Source: a phage. Taken from it: a DNA stretch of 64,000 nucleotides. How positions within the stretch are numbered: position 1 is the stretch's first letter; every line of letters starts with the position of its first letter. The notes beneath the pieces are model-generated. The model was not told where the DNA came from, did no database searches, and saw only the letters and a program-made list of their open reading frames with translations. Where the stretch lies: NCBI GenBank assembly GCA_025812035.1, contig GCA_025812035.1_4719.1; one strand, given 5' to 3'. The translations under genes and the position numbers were made by a program. This document shows positions 9,631 through 19,748 of the stretch, in pieces.

Positions 9631-10860
9631 TCACTTCAGAAGCTTAGACGCCGCCATGCTACGTGCCTTCGCAACGTCATACGCATCCATGATCGCGTCG
9701 CCGATAGCGGTATGACGAATCAACGGAATACCCATGTCTGGATACTCTTTGGTGCCTAAGATGGATACTGGTTTGTCTTGATACGCGGCAAGCATCGAAC
9801 GGATATCCTGAACCTGGTTATACCGACAAACTGGCTTAAAGCCTGCTTTACGGAACCAATGCTCTAATTGAGGCCAATCTGTTTCACCGCGAGCAAGATA
9901 ATAGAAGGTATCTTTACCGTAGTATTCGGTCATCTCATCACGGATATTGTTAACAAATGCATTTACTGTAGCAATGGCTTCTTTATAGTCCATCACTCCG
10001 TCATGCTGAAAACAATAGTCGCGCGCTTCCTTCGGTGCTTTGGTTTGCCACCATTCTACCGTGGACTTACTAATATCACCGCCATCAGCGATTTGACCGT
10101 AAACGTCAGGGAAGATATCTATACGTGGGCCGTTAATAACAGATTCTGGATTAGCCAGATCGAAGAACAAGATGCCGATTTCCAGCAATACCCCGTTCTT
10201 TTCTAGACTGAGATTCTCCACATCCAGGCAAAACGCAGGTTTCTCTACCGCTGAAAAATCAAAATATTCTTCGAGACGCGGCGTTGGTTCGGCGGCGAAA
10301 AACGTCTCATGAATGAACTGGGCGAATGTCTTATTCATTGCTACTAAGTCAATGCCCAATTTACTTAGCAGAGGTATAATCGCGTGGTCATTCTGCTGTA
10401 TCACCACCCACTCTCGGCTTTTGATAGAACGACCAATTGAGTAAAAGAGATGAACGATGTCTAACGGTTTGTACGGAGCCTCAAAAGTTGTTCCCTGGAA
10501 CGACTCAGCCAGCGCCTTATGCGTTTCTTCACGATGATTCATCAGTTGGAGAATAGCGCGGCGCAGATAATACCGTAATGTTATCTCGTGAAGGTGTGAT
10601 ATATCTTCCTGAAATAACGTCATGAAACCGTGGTATGTATAATGCTCGCCTCTTTTAATTTCGTCGAAGAGTTCTTTGTTCCCCTTTATTTCTTCTGGTG
10701 TTACCTGTTTGATTTGATCGTGGATAATGTTGAGCAGGTCACTGCCGTGTACCTTAAACAGTTTTTCAACGCTAAAATCGGGTAATGTCGCAATTGCTGC
10801 GTACATTAATGTTTCTGCGGGATTAAGTTCTTTATTGTCAATTGTGATGGTTAAAGCCAT
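9631..10860 (-). CDS. DnaQ-like (DEDDh) 3'-5' exonuclease domain protein
   Basis: C-terminal half has FCLDVEN (Exo I D-x-E) and HTAIGDAIMDAY (Exo III H-x4-D); start set at ATG 10858..10860 preceded by GAGG. Confidence 0.6.
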   Translation of the reverse strand: MALTITIDNKELNPAETLMYAAIATLPDFSVEKLFKVHGSDLLNIIHDQIKQVTPEEIKGNKELFDEIKRGEHYTYHGFMTLFQEDISHLHEITLRYYLRRAILQLMNHREETHKALAESFQGTTFEAPYKPLDIVHLFYSIGRSIKSREWVVIQQNDHAIIPLLSKLGIDLVAMNKTFAQFIHETFFAAEPTPRLEEYFDFSAVEKPAFCLDVENLSLEKNGVLLEIGILFFDLANPESVINGPRIDIFPDVYGQIADGGDISKSTVEWWQTKAPKEARDYCFQHDGVMDYKEAIATVNAFVNNIRDEMTEYYGKDTFYYLARGETDWPQLEHWFRKAGFKPVCRYNQVQDIRSMLAAYQDKPVSILGTKEYPDMGIPLIRHTAIGDAIMDAYDVAKARSMAASKLLK

Positions 10861-10885
10861 TTTATTATACCTCATCGAAATCAAA

Positions 10886-11227
10886 TTAGTTAAATTCAGG
10901 TTTATCAGCAGCCAGACCAAGTCCAGCCAGTATTACGTAATCATACCAAGCTTTTACTTTCGCTTTCGCATCATCTAAACTATCTGCGTTGATGTGCGGA
11001 AACTCATCGTTGACTGGGAAAGGTAAATCGCAGTCGTAGCTTGTATAGTCTTTCCAACCTTTCCATTCGATAGTTAGAGGACCAAAAACGGTCTCAGCAA
11101 CAACATGGTTATAGCGACAGTTTTCACATGGCGGGTGCTCTTCCGACCAAACAAGCTCATGTCGCGCTAAAAGTTGTTGTACGACCGATAATGGTTGCTC
11201 TTCATTAAGTTCGATACTGTCTATCAA
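10886..11227 (-). CDS. hypothetical protein (113 aa)
   Basis: complete ORF, minus-strand array. Confidence 0.45.
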   Translation of the reverse strand: MIDSIELNEEQPLSVVQQLLARHELVWSEEHPPCENCRYNHVVAETVFGPLTIEWKGWKDYTSYDCDLPFPVNDEFPHINADSLDDAKAKVKAWYDYVILAGLGLAADKPEFN

Positions 11228-11820
11228 CGTATACCCTCCTTTTCTTTATCGTAATTACTACAAATATTGACAAACGCAGTATTATCAGACAGCATGCTGA
11301 CCATCTGACGGATTGCGGCCAACGGTTCAAGTTTAGGATTGATTGATTCACCGGTCAACGCGCTTATTGCCCGTGTGATCTCAACCAAATCGACGTTCGG
11401 GTCGTTATCATCAATAATGAGCAGACTCTTCGCTGGTTTCTGACGACGTTTGATGATTAACAAATACGTGATGAGATTCTCACGCCAAGCGTCAGAATCC
11501 AGATTGCGTATTACGGTTAACGCACGACGCTCTTCCGCCCATGATGGTTTCTCACGGATAACAGGCATGTAAGATAATTGCTCAGCAAGCCCTTTCAAGC
11601 TGACGCGGTTGGTGCCACCAGGATGCTCACTAATCCGCAGCATCTCGGTTAACAGACGGACATATGCGGCTGTTGTAGAAACACCCCGCAGCGGCAGGAA
11701 CAAATTATGTCCCGGAACCCCATCGTGACTCAGCGGTGCGATATACGCCATGAATCGCCGAATATCATCGTCGGTCTGTTCTCCAGCAACGAACTTAAAC
11801 GCTTCACGTAAAACGCTCAC
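11224..11820 (-). CDS. hypothetical protein (198 aa)
   Basis: complete ORF, minus-strand array. Confidence 0.5.
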   Translation of the reverse strand: MSVLREAFKFVAGEQTDDDIRRFMAYIAPLSHDGVPGHNLFLPLRGVSTTAAYVRLLTEMLRISEHPGGTNRVSLKGLAEQLSYMPVIREKPSWAEERRALTVIRNLDSDAWRENLITYLLIIKRRQKPAKSLLIIDDNDPNVDLVEITRAISALTGESINPKLEPLAAIRQMVSMLSDNTAFVNICSNYDKEKEGIR

Positions 11821-12106
11821 TATGAAGTCTCCTTAATGTTTCTTGCATACGTAGTCTCTTCGGCAGATATAGACGTTTGTATAGATCAACTAACAGATAA
11901 CGCATAACGGAAGCAACCACCAGGTATTCACCTTCGGCTTCCGAATAGCGTATCATGTTAATTGGGTAATTCAAATAAGAATAAGAAAAGAGATCATCGT
12001 TGGTGAGGCGATGATCTTCAAGATACTGGCGAAACAATTCTGCTAAGGCATCGTACTCCATTCCGTAGTAACACAACGATACCTGTCTTACCGACAGTCG
12101 TTTCAT
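11804..12106 (-). CDS. hypothetical protein (100 aa)
   Basis: complete ORF, minus-strand array. Confidence 0.4.
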   Translation of the reverse strand: MKRLSVRQVSLCYYGMEYDALAELFRQYLEDHRLTNDDLFSYSYLNYPINMIRYSEAEGEYLVVASVMRYLLVDLYKRLYLPKRLRMQETLRRLHSERFT

Positions 12107-13059
12107 GCTGGGTTACCTTTTAGTTTTTCACGTATCATGTCAACAACGCGTGAGGGATCAGAAATAACATTGGTGATAAGATGATCGATAGGCAGGTCGA
12201 GAACGATTTTCTCCAGCTGGAAAGTCGTATCGTTACAGCGCACACCGTAGAACATTCCTTCTTTAAACACAACCTCGTATGAAATGGGGAGCTGGTTGAT
12301 GATGGTGTTGGCATAGTCACCCAACCACATCGACCCTGCCATCAGATGCACACAAATCAAATGGCTCATACGCACATCCTTGTTCTTCTTGTTAGCATCT
12401 CCGGTTTTCGACATGGTGACCAGAAGCTCACCGATCTTACTCAACAAACCGTCATATACCCCAAAGAACTTAATCAGTTGTTGGGCACCTAACGATATAA
12501 ATGTTTCTCGTGGTAAAACACAACACACCTGCGGTAACGTTCCAACCCCATAAACGCAACTGTGTGGTGATAATGGAAGCAAATCAGCAACCGCATCCTT
12601 GATGTTGTTATACTCAACGATATCGTTGAACGGTGAAAGACCTTTCGTAACCGGTTTATCAATCGCTACATCGAACTCCGCGAACGTCCATGCTGCTTTA
12701 CGAGGTTCCCCTTTCTGGTATGGTGGAGCCAGTACAGCAACAACACGAAGCCGGTATTCGTTGGTATCGCGTAGCTTAAGTTGAATGCCTTCACCGTCGC
12801 CTTTGCGCACGAGCGTGTAGCGGCTTGCGCAACCGTCGCAGACCACCGTTGGTTCATGTTGGCCGTATGCGGCAAGCATCGGTTTACTAAGATCTTTATC
12901 GCAACGACTGCAGCGATGATCCTGTTCCTGGTAACTGATTTTCACACCGAGACTCCCTTTATTAATGCAATACGCGATCTGCTGGAATTGTCGAAGCGTT
13001 GCTGGCAGACAGATCCGTCGCTTTACGATCAGGACTGAATCGACGAGCGTTCTCTTCAT
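12103..13059 (-). CDS. hypothetical protein (start uncertain; possibly internal ATG near 12882)
   Basis: ORF overlaps upstream gene by 98 nt if longest start is used. Confidence 0.5.
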   Translation of the reverse strand: MKRTLVDSVLIVKRRICLPATLRQFQQIAYCINKGSLGVKISYQEQDHRCSRCDKDLSKPMLAAYGQHEPTVVCDGCASRYTLVRKGDGEGIQLKLRDTNEYRLRVVAVLAPPYQKGEPRKAAWTFAEFDVAIDKPVTKGLSPFNDIVEYNNIKDAVADLLPLSPHSCVYGVGTLPQVCCVLPRETFISLGAQQLIKFFGVYDGLLSKIGELLVTMSKTGDANKKNKDVRMSHLICVHLMAGSMWLGDYANTIINQLPISYEVVFKEGMFYGVRCNDTTFQLEKIVLDLPIDHLITNVISDPSRVVDMIREKLKGNPA

Positions 13060-13918
13060 GATAGTTGACGGGGTTATCCTGTTTTAACAGTTCCATTGCT
13101 TCATCAAACGCCAACTCACGAAATCCTCTTGGATAGAGGAACAGAGGCTCATCAACATCCAGCCCTTTAACAAACCCATGCGACAGCCAGACACTACCAT
13201 CAGCACTGTAGAGAACCGGCTCAACATCGTAATCCAAAACGTATTGATACCAGTAATTAAACAGTTGGGCGATCCACCGATTACGTAATAAGTAATCGAT
13301 CACAATCGCACTACGCACGCTATGACACCAGCCGATCTTACCATCAACTTTCTGCAACAACGTACCGTCGTTTGCTTGATGAATAACCGCATTAAATAAC
13401 CACGCAAGATCGGTTGCGAAAAGCGCCGCTTCTTGAATATCGTTAATGTAGCGCACGGGTATCGTCAGATGGGTGCGGTAATGCGCCATCGCCTCTTCGT
13501 AGTTGTCTCCATCGATGCAGAGAATACCGTTTGGCGATAGATGTCCTTGATTCAACGACTGGTTGATGTAAAGATCGGTAATCTCGTTAATATGTTCGAC
13601 GGTACCCAAGGTTAACTCGGACATAAAACGACCGATATCAACAGACATTGATGTACCGGAAACAAACGGATTAGCCGGGTGAGTTGTATTCGAGAAAATA
13701 ATTGACCAAACCGCTTCGTGTTTTTCATCCGACGGGACGAACGAAATATGCCGTTCTGCGCTATCGTCATCAACAGCTACCTTTACTGTTTTCAAACAGC
13801 TGGTACAAACATAGCACGTGTTCGGCAGTGGCATATCCGAAAACATATCGTAACGAATTGATGCGAGAGAAATATCATATCCACAATGGGGGCATGTGTT
13901 ATCGATAAGCGTTTTCAT
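12962..13918 (-). CDS. hypothetical protein (318 aa) with N-terminal Cys pairs (CPHCG..CYVCTSC)
   Basis: complete ORF; possible zinc-ribbon at N-terminus. Confidence 0.5.
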   Translation of the reverse strand: MKTLIDNTCPHCGYDISLASIRYDMFSDMPLPNTCYVCTSCLKTVKVAVDDDSAERHISFVPSDEKHEAVWSIIFSNTTHPANPFVSGTSMSVDIGRFMSELTLGTVEHINEITDLYINQSLNQGHLSPNGILCIDGDNYEEAMAHYRTHLTIPVRYINDIQEAALFATDLAWLFNAVIHQANDGTLLQKVDGKIGWCHSVRSAIVIDYLLRNRWIAQLFNYWYQYVLDYDVEPVLYSADGSVWLSHGFVKGLDVDEPLFLYPRGFRELAFDEAMELLKQDNPVNYHEENARRFSPDRKATDLSASNASTIPADRVLH

Positions 13919-14184
13919 TGTTGAATTCCTTTTGATAAAAATAACTGGATATCGGTAAGCTGGTCTTCAGGAACATCATCGGCGGCAGTTAGAACCTTAG
14001 GGCCGTGTTCGCTGAGGTAAGCTTCCTGTTGAAGATGATAAAGTCGATTGGCTTCTTGGAACTCACTGTCCGTCATGTAAACCAACTTAAACTTCGAGCG
14101 TTTATTCGGATTATATTTCTTATTACGTTTCTTTGGTTTCTTCGCCATAATAGCCTCGTGAAGGTGGATGGGTTTACCATCCAC
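13915..14184 (-). CDS. hypothetical basic protein (89 aa)
   Basis: complete ORF; Lys/Arg-rich N-terminal segment. Confidence 0.4.
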   Translation of the reverse strand: MDGKPIHLHEAIMAKKPKKRNKKYNPNKRSKFKLVYMTDSEFQEANRLYHLQQEAYLSEHGPKVLTAADDVPEDQLTDIQLFLSKGIQQ

Positions 14185-14195
14185 CTTCCTCCATG

Positions 14196-14717
14196 TTAAA
14201 GTGCGTTCATCTCTTCAGGTGTACGTACAGTACGAGTGCTGGGATCGACCATTGCTGGCACGCCTGCCGGACATTTACGGACATCGATTCGCATCTCCGG
14301 TTCAATCGGACGAACGCGATAGGTTTTGCCGTCGTCGGTTAACACCGAAATCGTCAACGCCTGGTTCAGCTCATTAACGAAATTCACTAAACGCTGTTGT
14401 CCACCCTTCGTCCAGAAGTTAAGATCGGTTTCACCGTTGAAATAACTGATTCCTTCAGCTGTTCCAATCGTGATTTTAACGATGCCTGGATAATCACGAA
14501 GAAGGGGTGCTTGATAGCCTTCGTCTTCCGTATCCAATTTTACCCATGCGCCTCCTGTGGATAAGCAGTTAACTTCCAGGGCGGTTGGCGCACTAACTTC
14601 TGCTGATGACCAGGTATACATCGTGCCTAGTTTAGCGTGTCCGGTTTCCAGTTCGCTGTAATCCCAAGCATGTGCTGATGCTGTAATAAAGAAAGCCGCA
14701 AGAAATAACTTTTTCAT
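14196..14717 (-). CDS. secreted or periplasmic protein with signal peptide
   Basis: N-terminus MKKLFLAAFFITASAHA followed by W; typical signal peptidase I site. Confidence 0.55.
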   Translation of the reverse strand: MKKLFLAAFFITASAHAWDYSELETGHAKLGTMYTWSSAEVSAPTALEVNCLSTGGAWVKLDTEDEGYQAPLLRDYPGIVKITIGTAEGISYFNGETDLNFWTKGGQQRLVNFVNELNQALTISVLTDDGKTYRVRPIEPEMRIDVRKCPAGVPAMVDPSTRTVRTPEEMNAL

Positions 14718-14772
14718 TCTTTTCTATTCCTATTAAAAGTGACCGATTTCTGTGGTCAGGATTGCTAATAAA

Positions 14773-15234
14773 TTAATTCCGGTTTTGTTTCCGTATCGCA
14801 CGGTTACGTTTACGTTCTTGGTCCTTGACTGTACCAAGAAACTGCTTTAATTCTGACGGTTTGATCGTGCCCTCGCGCACCACACCGTTTTGTTCGATAT
14901 GGTACGACCAATAACCAACTTCAGCCGTTAAGGTTAACGTTGTCGGCTGTTCATCGGGTAACGATCGGGGTGAGAAAATAAAGAGTAATTCAAAAGGTGT
15001 TTCTCGGCTGATGATAGGACGGATACTAACATCAAGACCCTCCCATCGCTGAGGTTTAAATATTCCTCCAGCAGCAATGATTGTCTCCGAGCGTTGATCT
15101 ACAAGCTCGGCTAATTCACGATCATCGTTGAAATAAATATCGTGAAGAATATCTGTGTCGATAAAAAACCCGCGTTCCAAATCGTGACGAACAATGGAAT
15201 TCTTCATTCTGCTGCCTTTGTTGTTTGTTTTCAT
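14773..15234 (-). CDS. hypothetical protein (153 aa)
   Basis: complete ORF, minus-strand array. Confidence 0.5.
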   Translation of the reverse strand: MKTNNKGSRMKNSIVRHDLERGFFIDTDILHDIYFNDDRELAELVDQRSETIIAAGGIFKPQRWEGLDVSIRPIISRETPFELLFIFSPRSLPDEQPTTLTLTAEVGYWSYHIEQNGVVREGTIKPSELKQFLGTVKDQERKRNRAIRKQNRN

Positions 15235-15283
15235 GTCCTATACGAACACGAAAAACCGTTAATTTTTACCATAACCACGTGCG

Positions 15284-15559
15284 TTAAAATTCCACACCAC
15301 GACCTGTCATCGACGAAGGAACCGCGCGATAATAGAAGTAGATGTAATGGTCACGATGGCTAAAATAGTTTTTGCAAGCATAGAACTCTCCGGATCCAAT
15401 GAATGATTTAATACGTGTAACTTGAGGGTGTCGTGCGATTAACGCCTGTATGACGATTTCCATTTGGTGTGCACTCAAACCAGGTCGAGCTGCAACATGA
15501 TAATGAAGCTCCCTAAGAAATCGTTTCCAGGGGTCGGATTGGGTCGATGATCGAGACAT
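15284..15559 (-). CDS. hypothetical protein (91 aa)
   Basis: complete ORF; GGAG RBS upstream. Confidence 0.4.
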   Translation of the reverse strand: MSRSSTQSDPWKRFLRELHYHVAARPGLSAHQMEIVIQALIARHPQVTRIKSFIGSGEFYACKNYFSHRDHYIYFYYRAVPSSMTGRGVEF

Positions 15560-15588
15560 CTTTATCTCCTTAACGGTTGCTGGTAACG

Positions 15589-15617
15589 CGGCATAAACCC
15601 TCCCCGAAGGGAGGGTG
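15589..15617 (-). terminator. GC hairpin followed by TTTATGCCG
   Basis: stem CCCTCC/GGAGGG, then TTTATGCCGCG. Confidence 0.5.
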
Positions 15618-15625
15618 ATTAACGA

Positions 15626-16183
15626 TTACTCCATCCATACTTCTTCGTCGTAATGATTTTCTATCGCATTACGCCAAAAACGCACGGTGTCTAAACTAAT
15701 CGGTGCATAAAAGTGCTGGTCGACGCCTACATTAAGTCCGTTGGCTTTCGCTAACATACAGCGATGAATATGTCCGAATAGATTGAAGTAGCCTGGGTTT
15801 CTTTCGCTGGGTTTATGGCAGAGCCAGTAGGATTCGTCATTGCTGATTGGCAACACCAACGGATGTTCATAAACCGCAGCAAACCCCATACCGAGCAGTT
15901 TATCACGCCAAGCTTCGAAGCTTAACCCTGTTGCTCTGCATGCGTCTTCGTCCCAATTCCCCAACACCAATTGAACCTGGATATCAGAACGAATGGCTTC
16001 CACGAACTCAAACTTACCCCAATCACCCAAATGCCATAAGACACTGTTCTTTGGAAGATTGTTGATGGCTTTCAGCATATGCTGGTTCATATCAGCGACG
16101 CTTGCAAACGGGCGACGTGAATACTTCCAGGTACGCTCGCTATCAAAATGGGTATCCGACGTAAAGAAGATGGGTGGGGTCAT
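15626..16183 (-). CDS. calcineurin-like metallophosphoesterase
   Basis: motifs SDTHF (D-x-H), GDWG, GNWD, GHIH. Confidence 0.6.
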   Translation of the reverse strand: MTPPIFFTSDTHFDSERTWKYSRRPFASVADMNQHMLKAINNLPKNSVLWHLGDWGKFEFVEAIRSDIQVQLVLGNWDEDACRATGLSFEAWRDKLLGMGFAAVYEHPLVLPISNDESYWLCHKPSERNPGYFNLFGHIHRCMLAKANGLNVGVDQHFYAPISLDTVRFWRNAIENHYDEEVWME

Positions 16184-16662
16184 TGATCTAATTGCTCCAG
16201 AAACGCACGTCCCGATTTACTTGCTCGTAAATGTTGTTCTGCGGAAGTAAGCAATACGTCAGTTGGTGTATATGCGACGCTACCTTTCCACTCCGTTTTC
16301 AACTTACCCTTTTCGATACTGAACTGAATCAGTTGTTGGGTGCCGAAGTTAAGCGTGTTCGTCGCGGCACTAAATACACCGCCCATCATGCTGTAACCAA
16401 AGACTTTCGCATCTTCTGCGTAAAAGTCATTGTCAATCAATTTGCTCTGAAGCTCAAGTTGGTCGGACGGCAGCAGCCCACCATCAAAGATACTTAAAAT
16501 ACCCGCCAGGCGATAGAGACTCACCTTTCCTGAAACACCTACCACGTAGTTGCCGTACTGTGTTTCCTCCAGTTTGCCAACAACGGTGCGATCGTCGGAG
16601 GTTTTCATCGAAACCTCGATACCGTCCTCAACTTCCGTTAACGTTAAATCAACAATACTCAT
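16180..16662 (-). CDS. hypothetical protein (160 aa)
   Basis: complete ORF, stop/start overlap with neighbour. Confidence 0.5.
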   Translation of the reverse strand: MSIVDLTLTEVEDGIEVSMKTSDDRTVVGKLEETQYGNYVVGVSGKVSLYRLAGILSIFDGGLLPSDQLELQSKLIDNDFYAEDAKVFGYSMMGGVFSAATNTLNFGTQQLIQFSIEKGKLKTEWKGSVAYTPTDVLLTSAEQHLRASKSGRAFLEQLDQ

Positions 16663-16685
16663 TTATTACTCTCCGCGTTCTCGTT

Positions 16686-17372
16686 TTAACACATGATTTC
16701 GCCATGTTTCTTTTCAACATACATATAAACGTCATCCAAATAAGCGATGAGTTTATCACGATTCGCACAAAGCGATTTAATCATTGCAATCTCTCTCATG
16801 TAAAGCTGCTTACCTAATGCCGGATAAGTAATCCAAGCATAGCCGTCAGGGGCAAATTTAGAAATAAGATAATCAGCAGTTTCCTGCAAGGCGAACTCTT
16901 TGCTCATCTGACCGTAACGATGCTCGATTGCACGGATACCAAAACGTTCGCTGTCAAGACGACCCATATCCGCCAAACGAAGAACCTGTGAAGCAACCGA
17001 GCTGCGAGGACCGGAATAGGAGGCGCGATGTTCAGCAATAAGCACGCGTATCTCCTCGATGTCTTCCGGTGTGAAAATATCTTGCTCGTTACGAAGCAAA
17101 ATAACTGACGCACGAATACCACCGATAAGGTGGTGGTATGTTCTGTTTTCGTGGCAAGCAATATCATGCATAAAAGCAGCGGTTAATAAACGACGACGTT
17201 CCGTGGGTCTAATGATACCAACCACGTCAGCAAGTTCATTTGCCAGTTCGACAACCGCGAGTACATGCTCTTCTTGATGCGCAAGATCATTCTTACGAAT
17301 ATTTTCAATTACTTCGGCGCGTGTTTCCTGAGTTAAGAACTTTAAACAATCCAACGAATATAAAGATTTCAT
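16686..17372 (-). CDS. HD-domain phosphohydrolase
   Basis: H..HD..H pattern (AAFMHDIACHEN..HH..D); conserved promoter-like motif 49 nt upstream. Confidence 0.6.
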   Translation of the reverse strand: MKSLYSLDCLKFLTQETRAEVIENIRKNDLAHQEEHVLAVVELANELADVVGIIRPTERRRLLTAAFMHDIACHENRTYHHLIGGIRASVILLRNEQDIFTPEDIEEIRVLIAEHRASYSGPRSSVASQVLRLADMGRLDSERFGIRAIEHRYGQMSKEFALQETADYLISKFAPDGYAWITYPALGKQLYMREIAMIKSLCANRDKLIAYLDDVYMYVEKKHGEIMC

Positions 17373-17420
17373 CGTACGTACCTCTTTGAATCGGTAAATA
17401 TATTAATAAATATTGTTTAC

Positions 17421-17445
17421 TCACGTAAGTAATATAGCCGTGAAA
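17421..17445 (-). promoter_or_regulatory. conserved promoter-like motif (minus-strand sense TTTCACGGCTATATTACTTACGTGA)
   Basis: one of four near-identical copies, 49 nt upstream of the HD hydrolase gene. Confidence 0.45.
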
Positions 17446-17494
17446 GGATTTGCATTGGTCCGTTTCGATGACCATCGTATTTTATGGATTGTCG

Positions 17495-17506
17495 AATGAC
17501 GTCATT
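17495..17506. promoter_or_regulatory. perfect 12-bp palindrome AATGACGTCATT in divergent intergenic region
   Basis: identical site at 48303..48314. Confidence 0.35.
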
Positions 17507-17589
17507 TTTAAAGGGACATCCCCGGCCTCCTCCCCGGGAAAGGTGCGGGGAGGAGTTTTTACATACTTTCTATTAATTCGAGCGCGATT

Positions 17590-19671
17590 ATGTTGGATAG
17601 AATAAATCGTCTAATGAACCGAATAGCGGTTAAAAATCAGAGTAACAACACCGTGCATATCGGGGGTATCGATGCCTGGCGTCTTTCAGATGACATTCAG
17701 AGAATATGGGGTACCTCCCGATTTATGAAACATATGTTTCGTAATTTCTCTTCCAGTGGACTCAGTCTTCACAACTTTTACCTTCCCGATTTCGTTTATA
17801 TTCTTGAAACGATCATCGAGGCAAAGAATACCCGCAGTAACAAACGCATGCTGAAACACCTTATCGAGGTGCTGCTGCAGGAAACATGGCTGCAAAATAC
17901 CACAATCGAGCAACCTGCAATCCTCGATAAAGCGCGCATGAAGAAAATGATGACGCTTTCTTTGTTCGATTATCAAGATGAGTTTATCGACATCTATAAC
18001 CGTAACGTACCTAAATATCGACTGAAAGGATACGTGTGTGCGATGGGTGCCGGTGCCGGTAAAACTATTACCGCCTTGGCCTTAAGTGCCGCCATGAACG
18101 TCGACGTGTTTGTGGTGTGTTGTCCTAAAAATACGATGCGTTCAGCATGGCAATCCGATGTAAACAAAGCCATCGTTGACCCTGCAACAGAAACCGCGTT
18201 CTGGTCAGATACCATGCCACCATCACAACTACAGAAAAGCGATAAGTACTATTTCCTGCATTACGAATCGATGGGCTTATTAAACGATGTAATGATCAAA
18301 CATAAACGTACAGCGAAACGCGTTCTTATTGTTGTTGACGAAAGCCATAACTTCAACGACAAGAACAGTCAACGTTCCCAACGATTGGTTGATCTTGTAC
18401 AGACGATGCGTCAGACCATGAATGCGGATGTGCATGTCTTGTTTATGTCGGGTACGCCTGTTAAGCAGATGGGTTCTGAGATGATCCCGTGTTTAGGTTG
18501 TATTGACCCGATGTTCCAAGGACAGGTGGTCGATAGCTTCAAATCAATTTACGGTTTAACCAGCAGCCGTGCTAACGATATCCTCAGACATCGTCTTGGG
18601 TTCATGATGCACGTTGTACCTAAAGAAGCTTATCGTAAAACCCGCCCGGAAGTTCAGGACGTTTACGTGAAACTTCCTAACGGTAGCGATTATACCATCT
18701 CGAGTATCCGTGACGATATGGCGATATTTGTACGCGATCGGGCTAAGTATTACAAGGATAACTGGGGGCATTACCGAAAGATCTTTGATGACGCCTTGGA
18801 TTATTACCGTAAAACTATCCGTACTGATGGAGAACGTAGAGAGCTGTCTCGATATGAATCGATTGTCGCTCGTTTCCAGAAAGGTTACGATCCTGTCAGA
18901 GACAAAGAAGATGCGATGTTCTGCAACGCGTTTGAAAAACGTTCCATCATGCCGGTTCTTCCTTCCGATTTAAGGATCGCTTTCAAAGACGCCAAGAGCG
19001 TCATCAAGTACGTTGGGTTGAAAATTCAGGGTGAAGCGTTAGCTCGTGTTCTAGGTGCTGCCCGCATTCGGTGTCATGTCGACATGGTGGAGTACATTGA
19101 CTTCGAAGGGTACATCAACAACGCTGAAGCCAAGGTGTTGATCTTCACGTCGTATGTTCAGGTGGTTGAACGTGTCGACACCATGCTTCGCGATGCTGGT
19201 TTCTTACCTGAACCGATTTACGGGAAGACTAACAAGAACATCAACCAGATACTTGCTCGTTTACGTGACGATCCTGACAGCGGTCCCGCTATCGCAACAT
19301 TTGATAGTTTGGCTGAAGGGGTTCCAATGCTGATGTGTAATGTGGGCCTTTTCCTGAACAACCCATGGCGTTCGTCTGATGAAATTCAGGCCATCAGCCG
19401 TCTCGATCGTGTAGGGCAAACGCAACCTGTTCGGATTTATCGTTTCATGTTAGACACAGGAAGTGAGGGTAACGTTTCTACACGTAGTCATGAGATCATG
19501 GAGTTAAGTCGACAGCTTGTTGAAGAAATCACTGGCGTCAAATACGTAGTGAACAAGCAAGATGATGTTAACTTGCAAGAAACGTTAGCGATGGAAGGAT
19601 ACGATCAATACGTTACCGTAAACCCTAAGGAATACGATATTAAACCGCGGTCTGTGTTCTTGGAATGGTGA
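17590..19671 (+). CDS. SNF2-family ATP-dependent helicase
   Basis: Walker A MGAGAGKT, DESH box (VVDESHNF), motif VI QAISRLDRVGQTQPVRIYRF; terminator hairpin directly downstream. Confidence 0.75.
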   Translation: MLDRINRLMNRIAVKNQSNNTVHIGGIDAWRLSDDIQRIWGTSRFMKHMFRNFSSSGLSLHNFYLPDFVYILETIIEAKNTRSNKRMLKHLIEVLLQETWLQNTTIEQPAILDKARMKKMMTLSLFDYQDEFIDIYNRNVPKYRLKGYVCAMGAGAGKTITALALSAAMNVDVFVVCCPKNTMRSAWQSDVNKAIVDPATETAFWSDTMPPSQLQKSDKYYFLHYESMGLLNDVMIKHKRTAKRVLIVVDESHNFNDKNSQRSQRLVDLVQTMRQTMNADVHVLFMSGTPVKQMGSEMIPCLGCIDPMFQGQVVDSFKSIYGLTSSRANDILRHRLGFMMHVVPKEAYRKTRPEVQDVYVKLPNGSDYTISSIRDDMAIFVRDRAKYYKDNWGHYRKIFDDALDYYRKTIRTDGERRELSRYESIVARFQKGYDPVRDKEDAMFCNAFEKRSIMPVLPSDLRIAFKDAKSVIKYVGLKIQGEALARVLGAARIRCHVDMVEYIDFEGYINNAEAKVLIFTSYVQVVERVDTMLRDAGFLPEPIYGKTNKNINQILARLRDDPDSGPAIATFDSLAEGVPMLMCNVGLFLNNPWRSSDEIQAISRLDRVGQTQPVRIYRFMLDTGSEGNVSTRSHEIMELSRQLVEEITGVKYVVNKQDDVNLQETLAMEGYDQYVTVNPKEYDIKPRSVFLEW

Positions 19672-19678
19672 TTAAGAA

Positions 19679-19711
19679 GCTCTGCCTGATGTCAGGCAGA
19701 GCTTTATGCTG
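19679..19711 (+). terminator. hairpin followed by TTTATGCTG after the SNF2 helicase gene
   Basis: stem GCTCTGCCTGA/TCAGGCAGAGC, then TTTATGCTG. Confidence 0.6.
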
Positions 19712-19748
19712 CGTTTACTGCAAAATCGTATGACGTATATACGTCGTA

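Noticed and set aside
17527-17560. Plus-oriented GC hairpin with T-run (CTCCTCCCCG/CGGGGAGGAG then TTTTT) as a terminator
   Set aside because: There is no plus-strand gene upstream; it lies in a divergent promoter region and lacks the TTTATG tail. It may be a regulatory or leader structure instead.
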